DNA from: Marsupella aquatica
Lineage: Eukaryota > Plantae > Marchantiophyta
DNA length: 64,000 nucleotides
Assembly (NCBI GenBank): GCA_973895155.1
Contig: OZ316895.1
Location: 13,317,186-13,381,185, forward strand
Direction of reading: 5' to 3'
Shown: positions 20,968-35,486 of the stretch, piece by piece
How the letters are laid out: every line of letters starts with the position of its first letter
How positions within the stretch are numbered: position 1 is the stretch's first letter
The notes under the pieces: generated by a model
Told to the model about the DNA's origin: nothing
The model's database searches: none
The model's input: the letters and a program-made list of their open reading frames with translations, nothing else
Translations under genes and position numbers: made by a program

Positions 20968-23900
20968 CTACTGTAACATGCTGGGACTCCTCCCAAACCT
21001 GGAGCTCCTCTTCGCCTGTTCGAGGACTAGGATTCTCCGTAACCAACTACAGCTGGGGCTGAGAGAAAAAACGTTTTCGCTAGGAGCCTGCTCTAAAGGC
21101 CAGCTCGCAGACCTTCCCCTGACGGAGACGCCGATGGCAACGACGTTCACCGGAATGGCTAGGATAATCCATAACTACCAACTACAAAGAGGGTGAGGCA
21201 ATTAAACATTTTGCTACGAGCCAGTAATCAGAACTGCATCGAGAGGCCAACTCGTAGAAGGTGACCTGACGAGACGAAAGGCACCAAAGACGGCAAGATG
21301 GACGAGGAATGTCTTGGGTTTAACTTCCGTCGCAAGAACCAACATTTATGTTGGGTTCCTGCGCAAGCTTGTACACAAGTGACACTCTGGGATCGGACCC
21401 ATCCGAGTCCTAAATCCAAACCTGTGTGTGTCTACCTGAGATTAGATGGCCTGTAACTGACGTCAATCATGCGAAATACCCCACAATCCCAAAATATGTG
21501 TCCATCCCTTCACTACCTTCACCTGTTTCTTTGTCCTCGGGATCATAGAGTGACGAGTGTCCAATAAATTCACGAATTCTGTGTTCAGGCTTATGTTGTT
21601 GATTAAATCTCCCCGTGAGATTAGTTCCGCATTGGAAACAATGCCAACACAAGTCATAGCCAGGCATTTTGGGGCAGTCAATGCACCTAAACCGGCGGCC
21701 GAACATCGGATACATCTGCAAAACAGCCACGAAGCGATATCAGTCGGTAAATATGTGTGTAGTGACACCAATGTAATCACCGAATGCACCAGAAACATAT
21801 CAAAGGCAATTTTGGAACCCAGGATGAATTGAGGTACATCTCTCATGAGTATAACACGCTGACTGTAGCAAACATCATTACCGGTTAGAAAGGCTTTAGA
21901 GATTGTTCAAAACTATACGAAGGGACAAACTGTAAAGTCTCAAGACTTACCCCACATCCGTCACAGCCAATGCCAGCATGCATCTTTGGGGGCACTTTAC
22001 TTAATTTCACCTCCTTAGTTATTTCGGGTTCCTGAAAATCTTCTGTCCACCACCAGGCAAAGGACATAGCACATCGATCAAAACATTGAAGCTCTGTTGA
22101 CTAGCGAATCAAACTCCGACGAATCAAGACAACAACAAAAACGTAAGACGCAGAAGAGACGATCCCTGTGGTCAACGTCACAGATCAACTCCATCTGATA
22201 ACTTTTCCAGTTTGTAAACTTTCAAGCGCGGTCGGAGATACTTACTGTTCAAAATATTTCTAGATTTGAGAGGTTCGGGTGATTCGGCTGCGAGCTCATC
22301 TTTCCGCTTCTGGTATTCCACATAAAAATTTTGCTCTAAATATTGGTGCAGCTCCAAACAGACTTGTAGAAAACCACCAGGATGAATGCAGCCACAAGAG
22401 GTGCAAGTGATTATAAGCTTGCCATTGATTTCCTCGCTTTTAACGCATCCCGCGCAAAAGGCTGACCAATCAACAGACAATTCGCTGTTAATCATTAGGA
22501 CACAACGTTTGAATCCACACCTCAATACCGGTCTACATCCAGAAGATAAATACACTGCAGGAAGAGTACGCCACTTCACCCATGTTTGGATCTCGAGACC
22601 TACCATGGCCACAGTTGACGACCACCGGCCGATAAAGCAGTTTTTTGCATCCAGTGCAAAGCAGATCGGACACAGTCACGTAAGGAGACGAGCTTGACGT
22701 TCCTCCATTAGCAACAACCTTTATGTCCCTGACTACTTCAGTAGAATCCGACTGCGTCTTTAAATTAGATGAGGACGTGCTTGTCTCGAGAAACTTGCTA
22801 TCCACCATATTCTCATCTTGACCATCAACATATCTCACTTCATCGTTTTCAGCAACTTGTGGAGGGGCTCCTTCAGTCGCCCCAATGGGGGCACTATTGG
22901 GCGCAGCTAGCGCTGACACATCTTGGTCTTGTTCTCCAAATGCACTGAAGCTCAGACCATCACTAAATTGTGGAGAACACATCGGTTCCTCTTCTGCAAC
23001 ACCGTAGTCCTCTGTGAGATGAGTTCGGTAAGTTTCATTTTGTGAACCACAAATCCGCAACAATGAATATTACTTAGCTCTTTCAACGACTAGCTCATAA
23101 ACCCCTTCCCCGGTGTCTGGCTGGCTGGCCCTACGCTCAGCTGAACGATGACCTTCCACGACAGTCTTCTTTTTGGTAACTTTCTCACTCCCTTGCAGAT
23201 TCTATTATTGTGAATTAGAAAGCGAGGAACGATGTACTACTACAAAGTGCCTTCACAGTTTCCTGCGATTCTCCATCGCTCGATGTGATTAGAGAATTCA
23301 AAATACATATCACTTTCAAACCGACCAGTGGGAGAAACAAGGACCAAATTCCAGTCCAGCTCAATTCACTCAAGAAAGACACTCCAAACGCACTTTGGCA
23401 CGCAACGAGACTGGAAGAAGGTTCTTCGCGCAAAACTCACCGGAAACTTCTTTGCATCTCCGACGGTACGCCTCAGGTAGAGCTTTCAGAAGCAAAAAGT
23501 GTAGTTGTTCGCACACCCGAGGGAAATGCATGTAAGGATTCCTGCACAACGGGCAGTATGATTCGGTGTCGCTGCTCATAGCTTGGTGGACGCACCAGAA
23601 ACAGAACATGTGACCGCAAGCTGCAACCAGACGCCCAGACGCAGAGACGATTTTGTGAGTGCCACAGGAACCAAAGTACTAAAATTGTTAAAAAAGGACC
23701 ATTCCCTCACAATTGATTGAAAACCAATCACGAGCCAAAAGGCCAAGGGGCAAGAAGAAAGTCTTGCGCCAGGGACCAACGACCCCAATCTTGAGCAGAA
23801 GCCAGCTTCAAGAGCACCCAAAGGTCACTACTGGTTGCATCCGCTGGGTGGATCAGAATTGTTCTTAGAGACAGGAAATGGACGAGGTTGTCCACATGCT

Positions 23901-25526
23901 CGAGGCTGAGGCCTTCCCCTTCGAAGATTGGTTGGGAATTGCATCTCCACCTGAGATCTGATATTCTAAAAGACAACATTCTATGGTTCTATATTCCATG
24001 GTTACGGAATGGATTAGACAATAAAGTGGAATGGAGATATAATCATGCAGACATTGGTTCTTGCTCGTCATGTCTGCAGGACAGAAGAATAAGCAGGGAT
24101 TCTCGGTCTGGGGAAACAGATCACACCAATCAAGAAAGGATTCGCAAACAACTGTCAACTGAGGATACTTCTCCATCCGAACCTGCGGATGAGGACAGTG
24201 ATGGTAATTTCGATAAGAGTCCATACCAGGTCTACTCTGCGAGGAAATATGCGGATTAGAAAGATCGCTCTACCTGACTCCTCTGAGAGCAGGCATATAT
24301 TCCAGCTTTAGGTAAGTACGTGTGTTTCGATGCATGTAGGTGCATTTCATTAGGATTTGGCAGGGTCAGAGCTGTTCCGTAGCAGCACCACATGCATTGC
24401 TAGTCTGCTGTGTAGAACAACAACTTGCAAACGCTTTGTGTCAGAGTGTCTCTATCTTCCAGTTTTCCATCATCAATAGAGCGGCTTCTATGAATTGTAG
24501 ATGGCGAATGTCTAGACCAACTGTTAAAGAGTGGTATGGGCTGGGTACCGTCACCAGACCGACTACTGATATGAAGATTGGACATAGATGTTTACAGACC
24601 TGTTTTGGCCCCATACCTTAGCTTCATGGATTCTGATTGCTGTTAATTTATCACGAACATAAAGTTCTGCTTCTCTTTGAAGTTAGGATAGATTGATTGG
24701 GACTGGTGTACCCAGCTCAAGTTGGAGTCATGCATTAAACTACTTCTACCATTCATCTGTAATTGAAGCAAATGAATGACACGGGACTCGGTCAAATAAA
24801 GCTGAACGAGCAGGGCTTCAGGGCCTGCATTTTGGCCCTCGGCGGACACTGATAGGGAATGTACCACATAAAGACCTTACAAGAATCTGACGGCAAAGTG
24901 GTTAACAACACGAGACCATGCACACGCCCATGCAAGCTAACTTAAGCAAGTAGTCTCGGCCAGGTGTCAGATTGAAGATGGCCATAACACCTATCCCTCT
25001 TTTGAGGGCAAAACTTAATCAAAGTATATATCAAGAAAGGAAAGAATCGCACCATTCACGACAGGCTTGTGTACCAATTCCCTGCAAAGAACCACACCGA
25101 ACGGCGACCTATCAGATTCGGAGACTAAGGCAATAATTGCATGCACTCACTCTGACAAAATTTTAAAACGCCTGGAACCCCTGCTGATCCAAACCTCTCC
25201 AGACACTGATTTCGATGGACAAATGAGACGATGATAACGCCTAAATGAGGAAACGATCATATGAACATAGAAAGCGATCACTGAATAATTAGAGGGCCAA
25301 TCCGAGATAGAATCGATATCCCAATCTCCGAAAACAGCGAAATCACCGAGTACACGAGAGGAGAAACAAGGCGTCCATACAGGCAAATGAAACAGAGAAA
25401 CGGCTCGTCAAGCTCGTCCGCGTGAATCCCTCCGAAAATTGAGCCACCCTTCCCTTCTTCATGGTGCTCCTTGCACAGTTCCATCGCTATTTCTTTCCCG
25501 TCCCCCATTTTCTTTTCCTCTGTCAT
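20968..25526 (-). CDS. PRT1: E3 ubiquitin ligase PRT1 (two RING fingers + ZZ finger), multi-exon; 3' end approximate
   Basis: Exon 1 ends FLCFICL (donor 25380); micro-exon ELVHKPVVN (about 25081-25053); ACGHMFCFWCVHQAM...CPLCRNPYMHFPRVC (from 23620). Second RING CTGCKKLLYRPVVVNCGH. ZZ domain HAGIGCDGCG/MYP...RCIDC...GYDLC...GRFNQQHKPEH. Confidence 0.9.
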
Positions 25527-26444
25527 TCCTATTGCTCCTCTCTTCTCCGTCGCCTCCAATCCATCCACCGGCACCCGCACCACCAACCTTCCGTTTCCAA
25601 ATTCTACTCCCCCCACCCCCACTCTTCTAATCGAAACTCATTACCAATCAATTCGCTCCTCCGCTCGCCCGCTCAATTCGCACCCGTCCCCTCGTTTCAC
25701 TGCTTTTCCCAGATCTCTTTCTTGCATCTCCCCGGGGGCTCCTCCGCCCTCTCCTCCTCCCTTTCTATCCTTTGGCGATCCTCTATTATCCTCTCCCCCG
25801 AGCAAAGCAAGCACACTCCACTCCACTCCACTCCACTCCGCAAGGCACCGCACCGCACCGCGGAGGACGAAGGGCAAGATACAGCGCACGAGTCACAAAA
25901 AAGCAAAAGCGAACCACGATTTCGCGAGCGGGCAAGAAACGAAACGCAGGGCACCACCAGAACAGAATTCTACGCAACAGAAATTGGTGAACGGCAAGCT
26001 ATCAAAACATCATTCCCTTCCCTTCCCTTCCCTTCGCTCCTCCCCTCTCCTCTCCACTCCTCTCCTCTCTTCTCTCGTCTCTTCTTCCCTCCTCTTCGCG
26101 TAGCCTCGTCTTTCTGCGCGCTCTCACGATCGCGTGTATGACCCTACAAATTGGACACCGGGACCCGCAATTTGGGCCCGAAGTTGCCAGCCGCTTCTCG
26201 ATTCGGTCGGTCAGGATGTCCCATCCTGTAGCCGTCGGTAACGTATGCGCCAGACAGCACGACGAGTGATGACTCGGTGTTCCCCGCTTTTGTTTGTCTG
26301 TCGTTTACCCGGTATGTAAATGTGGTACTGTCTTGGAGGTTGGCGTTACAATTTTGTACTAGTCATACTTCGCAACAATGTTACCAGTTTTGGCATAATT
26401 ATTACGTTTTGCAGCTATCCATTCATTTTATTAGGGCATCTCAA

Positions 26445-26562
26445 ATACAATGAATTATTATGCGTGACTTCATTAGGGAGTGTTGTGACCCGGGGCAGCG
26501 CAATACAATGAATTATTGCGTGTGACTTCATTAGGGAGTGTTGTGACCCGGGGCAGCGCAAA
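26445..26562. repeat. Tandem duplication of about 58-60 bp
   Basis: atacaatgaattatt..tg.gtgacttcattagggagtgttgtgacccggggcagcgcaa twice. Confidence 0.85.
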
Positions 26563-28468
26563 CAACCAGTCGGACGTGAGTCACGCCTGGGAGTTGTGAC
26601 CAAAATTGACGTCCAACTGCTACGAGGAGAGGACCCAATTTCAGTGTGTTCATTGACTCACCTTGTGATTTTCACACACTGTTGCAACCTCTCTCAAATC
26701 TGAGAGCCCAAAAACATCACTACCCAGCTATACCCACATTTGGTGTCCTCGAGTGCATCACGGGAGGCCCGTGAGGTGAGTTGTTTTCAATATTTGAGAA
26801 ACCCTATTGTTTACAATACAAGATTATTTCTAGACTACAATAAGTTCTTAAATAGTTGTGGAGAGGTATTTGCTTGATACCATACTTTTCTCCCCAGTCA
26901 ACCCCATGAGATTTTTGGTACTTTGATTTAAGGTCTATCAACAGTCTGGAACAATCAAGAGTCCCTCAAATAACACTTTTCATTTTGGGGGTCTATCATG
27001 CATATCTCTCTAATTGTGGATGAACAGTTGTGGGAAACTCAATTATTGGTGCCTATTGCCTTCCGCCATTCAATCTGGCCAGTCATAGCAAAGCCCATAG
27101 CCACACTGCCAGTCGCTCAAGGGCGAAAGACATGACGGTATAAGTCTTCATATTTCTGAATACTACCCACCCTGCACGGATCCCCATAAGTGTAGAGTTT
27201 GCTTGACATTTTTCTTCCCAGCAAAAGTAACCCAATGGTGTAAGTCTTTATGCCACAAGTGGAGTTCCAAGTTCAAGCTTAATCACATCTGTGTTCTGGA
27301 TTTGGGTGCATACATTCTTTGCTATCCATTCATTCAAGTGTTTACAATAGGGAGTCTCAAAATTCCAAAGCTCACAGTTGTTAACTTGTGATCTATGGGT
27401 TAAGGACACAATCCTTATTTGAAATCAGTGTTCCATAAGTTTTTGTTCTTAATAGATAGACAGTAATAAGACATGGCCTCAAGGAAGCTTCACAAGGTGT
27501 GCATAAAATTACAAAAATTCACTCGACAAATAATGACGGTCATGAAAGTGAATGCCCATTCTTTGAATATAAATAATAATCATAACAAAAAGCATGCATG
27601 ATCATCATTTGACATACATCATGCTCATGAATCTTTTCATCCACATGGTGGGGCCATAGAGTTATTGTCTAGAGGCTTCACAATAGCCCAACTCGTCCCC
27701 TTGCCAGCAGAGGGTAGTATCATCAATTTCAGTTATGGTTGGGGAGGGGCTGAGGTAGTGTTGCATCTTGCCATTGTGCCAAAATACAAGAAGGCAGATC
27801 ATGCTACATCTGATGCATGTCCAAAGAGTAAGTCTGGGAGAGCTTGCCTACATCAGCAAAAAATGCGCAATGTTGAGGTGTTGGTTGGACAAGTGCCAGT
27901 GGGAGGAAGTGCGCTAGGAACGATTTGAGATGAAGCTGTAGGGCAGGAGCAAGTTCATGATCAATCTAGGTCTACAAAGTTAAATGTTGGGCATGAGCGG
28001 AAGTGATTGGAAAGGTGCACATTGCAACAAGGTGAGCAATACTCTATTGTGAGGATGTATTGACATTAAAGTTGTTCTGTCCTTGAGCTCCTTTTTCAAT
28101 TGTTTGCTTCAAATCCATACTAGAATACTACCAATTACAGATCATTTCAGCATGTGGATCAAAAGTGGCACAGCTAACTGTTCATGGATCCTTTTGAAGT
28201 ACTTACACACAGCTTGCAAGCACGTCATCCTGGATTGACAAACCTCCTCAATATCAGCAAAACCATATAAAATAGTTTAAAGCGAATCCAACCTTTAGGA
28301 AACTTTTCTTGAGGTAAATTATTGTTGTAAAAGTTACCCAACTAGCAAATGTTAAGGATTTTCTTTCAAGGGATGTTGGGAAGAACATGGAAATCATATG
28401 AGAAAACCGCAAGGACATACATATTTTCAGACTCAATAACTCAATTGTCAAAGGGATGGGCAGAGGCA

Positions 28469-28695
28469 CCCTTCATAAAAGTAAACCAATTTTTTGAATG
28501 TGTATAGTGCATTCAATATACAGTAGTTTTGCTAGACCATGCTAAAGTGGTTAGCTAGTAAACATTTGAATGAACGTACTTCACATGCAAACTCCCCAAA
28601 AGGCATAACACTAGCTAACCACTTTAGCATGGCCTAGCAAAACTATATTGAATGCACTATACATGTTCAAAAAATTGGTTTATTTTTACGAAGGG
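28469..28695. mobile_element. MITE/foldback element with inverted arms of about 90 bp (Tc1-mariner/Stowaway-like)
   Basis: cccttcataaaagtaaaccaattttttgaa...ctaaagtggttagctagt is the reverse complement of actagctaaccactttag...ttcaaaaaattggtttatttttacgaaggg. TA on the right flank and CA on the left (degenerate TSD). Confidence 0.8.
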
Positions 28696-29434
28696 TAGGA
28701 CAGAAGTTCATTCAAGTAGTGAATCTACAAAGGGCAGACACAAAAGGAGGATATCTAACTTGTCAAAAAACAGGTATGAGAGTCAGCATCCCCAGACTAA
28801 ACGGTCTGAGTTACTGTGGTCGAATGATAGTTATCACAGTTGGATGAGTGTCCTATAGGGTAAGTTCACATAACAACTGTACTATTTAGATGCATAAAAT
28901 CCGCCCTGACAACCCTGCCCAGGAGCAACTCTTAAACCCCACAGTTGGAGACAACTAACTTAAAAAACCAACCACACTCAACTACGCAGAAATTCAAGAC
29001 ATAATCAAACACCAGATGTTGCTCGATCAAATAGTCAAACCAATAAAATTATGTTATTGCTGTCTCATTTGCAAATTTAATTATGACATAGATTGAGTCA
29101 TTAGCTCCTGACATATTTGCTTTACATGTGGATCATTAGTTCATCACTTTTGCCCAAGGTTGTGCAAGCTGTTCATGGAGGTGGTCTTAGAGCGGGTGCC
29201 ATCAGCCCTCAAATGGGGCTGATGGCATAAACCCTCAATCATCCATGTTTTGGTGAGCAGATGAGAAACCCAGACTACTTCAGGGTCATCCTCAAGTCTA
29301 TGTACATGGTGGAAGGCCAATCGGGCCTTTCACCCTGCTTTTGGGGCCCTCAAGGTACCCTGAAACTGGTATCAGCAGGCTACAAACCAACATGCCATTT
29401 TGTAATTCCCTATCGCTGCAAAATTTGGTGACCG

Positions 29435-29910
29435 TGGCAAGATATCAAGGAGAGGGCAAGAAAGTCAAGGCAAGGGAACAACGTTGAGGTGAGGGCAAGA
29501 TGTCTAGGTGAAGGCAAGATGTTGAGGCAAGTGCAAGATGCCAAGGAGAGGCAAAGATGTCAAGATGAAGGAAAGATGTTGAGGAGAGGCAAAGATAGGG
29601 ACATGAGGGAAAGATGTTGAGGCAAGGGCAAAATGTCAAGGAGAAGGCAAGATGTTGAGGTGAGGGAAAAAAGTTGAGGTGATGAAAGATGTCAAGGTGA
29701 GGGAAAGATGTTGAGGAGATGCAAAGATGTTGAGGCAGGGGCAAGATGTCAAGGTGAGGCAAAGATGTCGGAGTGAGACAAAGATGTTGAGGAAAGTGTA
29801 GATGTGAAGATGAGGGAAAGATGTCGAGGCAAGGCCAAAATGCGGAAGGCAAGTTTATAAGTCAAAGTGAGGCAAAGATGTGGGGGTGAGGCAACATTGT
29901 CAAGGTGAGG
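29435..29910. repeat. Degenerate minisatellite of about 18-19 bp (gaggcaaagatgttgagg-like)
   Basis: Over 20 imperfect purine-rich units; explains the spurious ORF 29445-29852. Confidence 0.85.
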
Positions 29911-31559
29911 CTCAATACTACCAACAACCATTAGGTAAGGCTCAATCATACTTGTGTGTTGCACAAAAGTTATCGTTGCCTTTTGATCAATGTTGTTGAA
30001 AGGAAGTGTTGTTGAGAGAAAGTGTGGTTGAGTGAAAATGTTTTCAAAGCGAAGTGTTTTCAAGAGAAGGTGTTGTGGTTGCAAAAAGATTGTAGTTGAA
30101 TAGTGATTTAAAAGTACTGTTATTTAACAATTTTTAATTTGTTGAGAAATAAAGTTGAGTGGAAATCTATTTTGAGCAAAAGTGGTTATGCATGAAAGTG
30201 TTTTTATTTGAAAATGTTGTCCTAGTGATCCAAATGTTGCTTTTGGATTCACTTTGTTGATGAAGAAGATGGTAACAAAACAACAAATATATGTAGACCG
30301 TGGCGAGGGCAGAAGTTTGATTTTTAATTTTTTCTTTTCAAAAGGGCGAGGCTGGAACCCAAAGCACAACTGGGGGACAAAATCCCCAGGGGGGAGAGCC
30401 CAAAGGTCCAACCCAACCAGGCACCAAAGGGTAGAAGTTTGATTAATGGGGACCAAGAGGAAAATAATCCACAAGGAGCAAAGACGGGAAACATAAAATG
30501 AATGACCCATATCTAAATGTCTAAAAATGGGAGAACCAATTGAATGGTGGACCAACCCAATGCAAAGTGATAGGATGGCGGATGATCCATGAAATTCAAT
30601 CCCCCCACCCCTCCAATATAAATGCAATGTGGGAGGGGCTAGGGTACATAGACACTAACCAACCCAAAACACCCTATGTTTATAGGCTAAAAACAATTTT
30701 AGATAATTAGAAAGAAAGACCTACCTTCCCAAGAAACCAGAAACCCCTCACCACTCTAAAAAATAAAAAGTTGGATTGCATCTTTTGTTGGAGGAACTTT
30801 GCCATGTGTCTTCAATAAAAATTGAAGTTGTCAAGAATGTTAGAATGAAAAAGGATCTAGAAAAATAATATTGGTTGCCTTGTGGTCTTGGAGAGTCTCA
30901 CTATGTGTCTTTCCTTTAAAAGAATAAAATCAATCCTTAGAAAAAGTAGAGTGAAAACAAACACTCGAAAGGAGTATTGTACTTGCTACCAATCTTTAGA
31001 AGAAAACACACTGAAAAGAAATAATAGACAAAGAAATATAGAAATGAGGAGTGTACTTGTTGCACAAGCGCAAACACTTGAGGCAATAGGGTGATCAAGA
31101 TCAGGGGAAAGCGAGCTAAGTGTGCCAGAGGGTACAAAGTCCTCTCAACGACCAAGGTGAGGTACTATATATCCTCACCTTTCCGTGGCAGAATCTGTCC
31201 TACTTAGCAAAGAGGGAAGGTGTCTAGAGGGTGTCTATTTTTTGATCAAGCGGTTGCAAATAAACACCAGTACATCGAATGGCCCTTGATCATTTCCGCC
31301 CAAACTCATTTTGTAAATGGACCATACTTCAAAAAGAGCATGATTGGGTATTATAGTATCTTGATATGTCTATATATGCCCATCACAATTTCTATTGTGT
31401 AAACCCTACATGGTTAACATAATTTACAAGCGTAAATCAATTGCTGGCAACATAACAATAAGTAAGAGATTTGATTGTCCCATTTGTTGAATTGTTGCAA
31501 GCCACCCTAGCATCCACAACACAATAGGATCATATGTAATATCATCAACCTTGAGAGGA

Positions 31560-31800
31560 GAGAAGAGGGCAATGACCAAGCACAACTGCAAGATTACAAG
31601 AAGTGAATGCGCTCAGTCTTGAGAGGAGACCAATAAACATTAGTGGACCAACAGTAACTCATCACCGTCGTTCCAATTAGCCATTGGTGGAGCCGATGGC
31701 ACCTACTGCCTGGAAAGGGTTGCAAAGGGGCCCCATGGAAATAGATGTAGTTAAGCCCTCAAATGCACATTCAGGGCACAATCCGGGCAAGGTGAAAGCC
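31560..31800 (+). mobile_element. Possible Ty3/gypsy gag remnant
   Basis: Encodes GPMEIDVV (about 31729-31752), resembling the PMEID/PMDID motif of gypsy gag; otherwise broken. Confidence 0.35.
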
Positions 31801-33013
31801 TAATCAAGGGCTGCAGAACTCAACTCTTAAACAGTCTAAATTGTGTTCAACAGGTGATATTTGACACCCTGCCCCGCCCTGCAGCGTCAGACCCTTTCCA
31901 GCATGCTCTCCGATGAACCTGTTGACTTGGTTTGGGCTCATCTCTTATCTTGTGTCGTTACAGGTTTTGGAGCTTGGCTTTCTGCTAGTCCTTTGGGGGC
32001 TCCCTTTTGTATGAGCTCTTCCATCTTTACCATGTCTATGCACCTTTGCCTATTGTAGGACTATCTCACCCTTGCCTCCTTGGTCAACCCACTTGTGTCG
32101 ATAGGGCATCTTTGGATCCTGGGGGAGTCCATATTCTCAAGTGTATGTGGCAATGAGAGCAAACATACTGCACTTAACACTTGATGTGGTGACAACCATT
32201 TCCCAGGACTCATGATACCATGTTGCTACGGAGCAACGACATGTTCTTCCCCCTGTGTCAATGGTAATCTTGACCAGTGGCGGGCCAATCTGGTATTTTT
32301 GGGGGCTGGATTTTGTTTTCCTGGAAATGTAGTTGTTGCAGATCAAATTGGAGGGAGCCGTGTTGCCGTTGCCGCCCATGTGCCTGGCCATGTTGCAGCC
32401 AAGGCAACCTGGTTCAAGGAGGAGGCAAATGTAGTTGGTTACCTAGAGGATTGGTTCTACCCTTTTGCTTTAGACGTTATTGGTGCACTGGAGCCACCCT
32501 ACCTTTGACCAATTCCTTTGGGGTTGTGTGGTTTTTGGTATTGAGCTGAGGCCTTATCCCACTATTTTTGTCCTCATCGCCTTCTTTAGACAGGGGGTGT
32601 TAGTGGCGCTTAAGAGGATCACGCATTTGCTATCCTTCATAGAGCCGAGGTAGTTGGTTTTATGGATTCTAGACGGATTTCACTTTGTGACCCTCCTATG
32701 AGGTTTACTCCGGAGCCCTAGCAGGCTTTTGAATTCTGTGCACTTTTGCCCAATAGGGTGTTAGTCTACTAGGCCACTTAGTGGGATCTGGGGTTTTGTT
32801 CCTTTTTGGTGTGGGGGACTGCTTGGCTTGTTGGACCTCTTTGATCTTCTAGGGGCCTTTTCCCCTTCCTCAGGCTTTCTTTTTACCTCCCTTTAATGGG
32901 TTTCTTTGCCTTCGGGATCCTATCTATAGGTTTGGCATATTTTTCCTTTTGCATTTTAATATATATCATCACGCTAGCTAAGTGGTCCACTCTTTTCCCT
33001 TTTTCCTCCCTCT

Positions 33014-34145
33014 TGTAGTAAAGCCGGAAGAATCGAAAGTGACACTTTTCACTTAAAGACCAAGGTTTCGATCCCTTTAAGAACGAAATAAGAATGGATT
33101 GAATGATTGTAACTGTTTTTAAGACTTAAGAGTATCACTCAACCAAATCTCCAGACAAAAGAGAAACAAATGGATAAACTAACGAAATGAACAGAAAAGA
33201 TTAATTCCCAAGTCATGGATCATGGAAAAGCTTTTAGAACCAAAGTTCAATGGATTGACTCTCCACTACCACTCCTTCAAAAAGGATTCTGGTCTTATTG
33301 TGTTAACAATATTGCAACAAATCTCGCCTCAATTGCTCTTCTCCATCACCACAAAAATATAAACAGAAAGGATAAATGCTCACCAACACCAAAGTAACTT
33401 TCTGGTGACCGATACAATGATACTCACTAAAATGCCATCAACATGGATAGAACTTCGGCGATACGCAACTCCGATCTATCACTAGTGGGTATGCCAAAGT
33501 AAGGGTAACGGTACTAACTATTCTGAAATCAGAATCTTGCTTCTTTTTGTCCACATTTATCATTGAATTCCTAGCGATTCTTGACCCACAAGCAATCCTA
33601 ATTTGAATTCATCTGATCTTGGAAATCTATAATGAAAACTCAGGCACCAACAGGAATCTTATGAAATAAATTCATTACATCACAAAGGAAGTGTTTTACT
33701 TCATTCATAAATAATTCTCGCATGCAATGATTACAAAGGAAGGAGGGAAACTTGCAAAAGTTTGCAATACTGAATACAAGCTTCACTGAAAAACAAAAAG
33801 GAAAACAATAATCTTATAGGTCTAAGTGGAGCATAACAAGAGGAAATGAAAAGTCATGCCTTTTCAAAACCTAGAAAAAATAAAAATAAAAGTTGAGTAC
33901 TAAGCTAAGGTAGAAAAAGATCACTAAATAACTAGGGGAAACGGCCAACAAAATCTGTCTTTGAAATACCGCCGAGTATTGTCCTTCATAAGGTTGGTCT
34001 CCATGGGACACCTCCCAGAAGCGTCCTTCATAAGTATTGTCAGCAGGGTAAAGTTGGGCATTTGGGTACCAAAATGTAATTAATTCGTGAACTTTGCATC
34101 TTGTTTCTATCTTCCACTGATTTTGCGAAAAATTCAGGTGTCACA
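33014..34145. mobile_element. Probable solo LTR (about 1.13 kb)
   Basis: TGTAGTAAAG...GGTGTCACA termini (minus strand TGTGACACC...TACTACA); flanks CCTCT and CCTCC match 4/5 as a TSD. Confidence 0.6.
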
Positions 34146-34936
34146 CCTCCTCTTTGTTGGTTTTTGGGATTGCATTTTCCTTTCTTTTAGTGTTTGGTGT
34201 TAAATAGTCTTCTTTGGACTTTGCTTGCTTTCCCTTCATTGTACTTTATTTATTTCTTTTTGTATAGATTATGGTTCTTTTCTTTGACTTTCCCTTCATC
34301 AAAACTTTGTTTCTTCTTTTTCAGAAATCATAGTTCTTATTATTCAATAAAGGGGGAGAAAAAGAAAAACCAAGAGGGCCAAAAGGCAAAAACCCATTGT
34401 CCTTATTATTATCATAGCATGGTCAAGGCAGAGCATCATAACTACCCTCCAACCCAAGGGACCGTAGTGTGTGCTATCACATCTCCAAATCCATGGTTAG
34501 GATGAATGCCCACGTCACCTCACGTAATAATTGAAAGAAGCCATTGTATGAGTATCCCTGAGGTTATCTTTCCGCCAATCCCAAGGCAAGAAAAGTGTCA
34601 TTTCATTTCATTTCATTTCATTTCATCCAAATTCAGGTTCTACTATGCACTGAGTATTGATCATCCCCTTTATACAATCCGCATGCTAAAGTGTTTGATT
34701 TTGAAGTTGCTATATATGGTGAATGCACCTTTCAGATTTTGTCTTATTCATGTTTTTGTGTCATGTATTTTTATTTCAATGTGCCTTATCAAAGGGCATC
34801 CTTTCTATCATATACATTTTTAATTGATTTTTGGACCCCTTTATTTTTGGTATCCTAGAGAATATTGAACTTGTTTTGGCAGCCCTCTTAATTTTGAATC
34901 TTTGTTATCTCTTAGATTTCAAGTGTGTGAAACCCC

Positions 34937-35037
34937 TTGAACAAAGTTTGTAAGTCTTCTCATGAGTGAGAGAAATGACTTTAAGTTCTACCACTTGAAC
35001 AAAGTTTTTAAGTCTTCTCATGAGTGAGAGAAATGAT
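34937..35037. repeat. 57-bp-period tandem duplication
   Basis: cttgaacaaagttt.taagtcttctcatgagtgagagaaatga twice. Confidence 0.85.
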
Positions 35038-35486
35038 TGTAAATAACATGAACACATGGTGTCTTAAGCTCCCCTCAGGGCTTTCTTTCCTAAGTTCATG
35101 GTTTTTATTGAATTGGGTGTCATTAATAAGTGCACATATCTTATGTAGCACCTTTGTGTCATGGAACTTGACTGTACTTTTCATTGGTCACTCACTATGT
35201 GCTCCACTTATATTATTTTATCCCACTCACATTTAATATGTATTCTAGTTTTAGTCTTGTATTTTATCCACTGACATACATACAAGACAAAAAATCAATC
35301 ATGTGAGCAAGCTATACTATACATAGAGAGTATTGATCATCTTCCCCTTTATACAATATGCATGCTAAAGTGTTCACTTTCTCCAAAATAATCATTTTGT
35401 TTTTGGGGATCAACTTAATTGGAAAGCAACAAAGAAATATAAACTTGTGCAAAAGTTTCCCAAGCATATATAGGATATACCTCCTG

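Noticed and set aside
23728-24870. ORFs inside PRT1 intron 2 as a nested gene or LINE fragment
   Set aside because: No recognisable motif; short ORFs on both strands are consistent with chance.
25461-26141. Overlapping 226/210-aa plus-strand ORFs
   Set aside because: They are antisense to PRT1 exon 1 and its 5' UTR, in pyrimidine-rich low-complexity sequence that is poor in stop codons.
31861-32990. ORFs as retrotransposon coding remnants
   Set aside because: No zinc knuckle, protease, RT or integrase motif could be read in any frame I checked.
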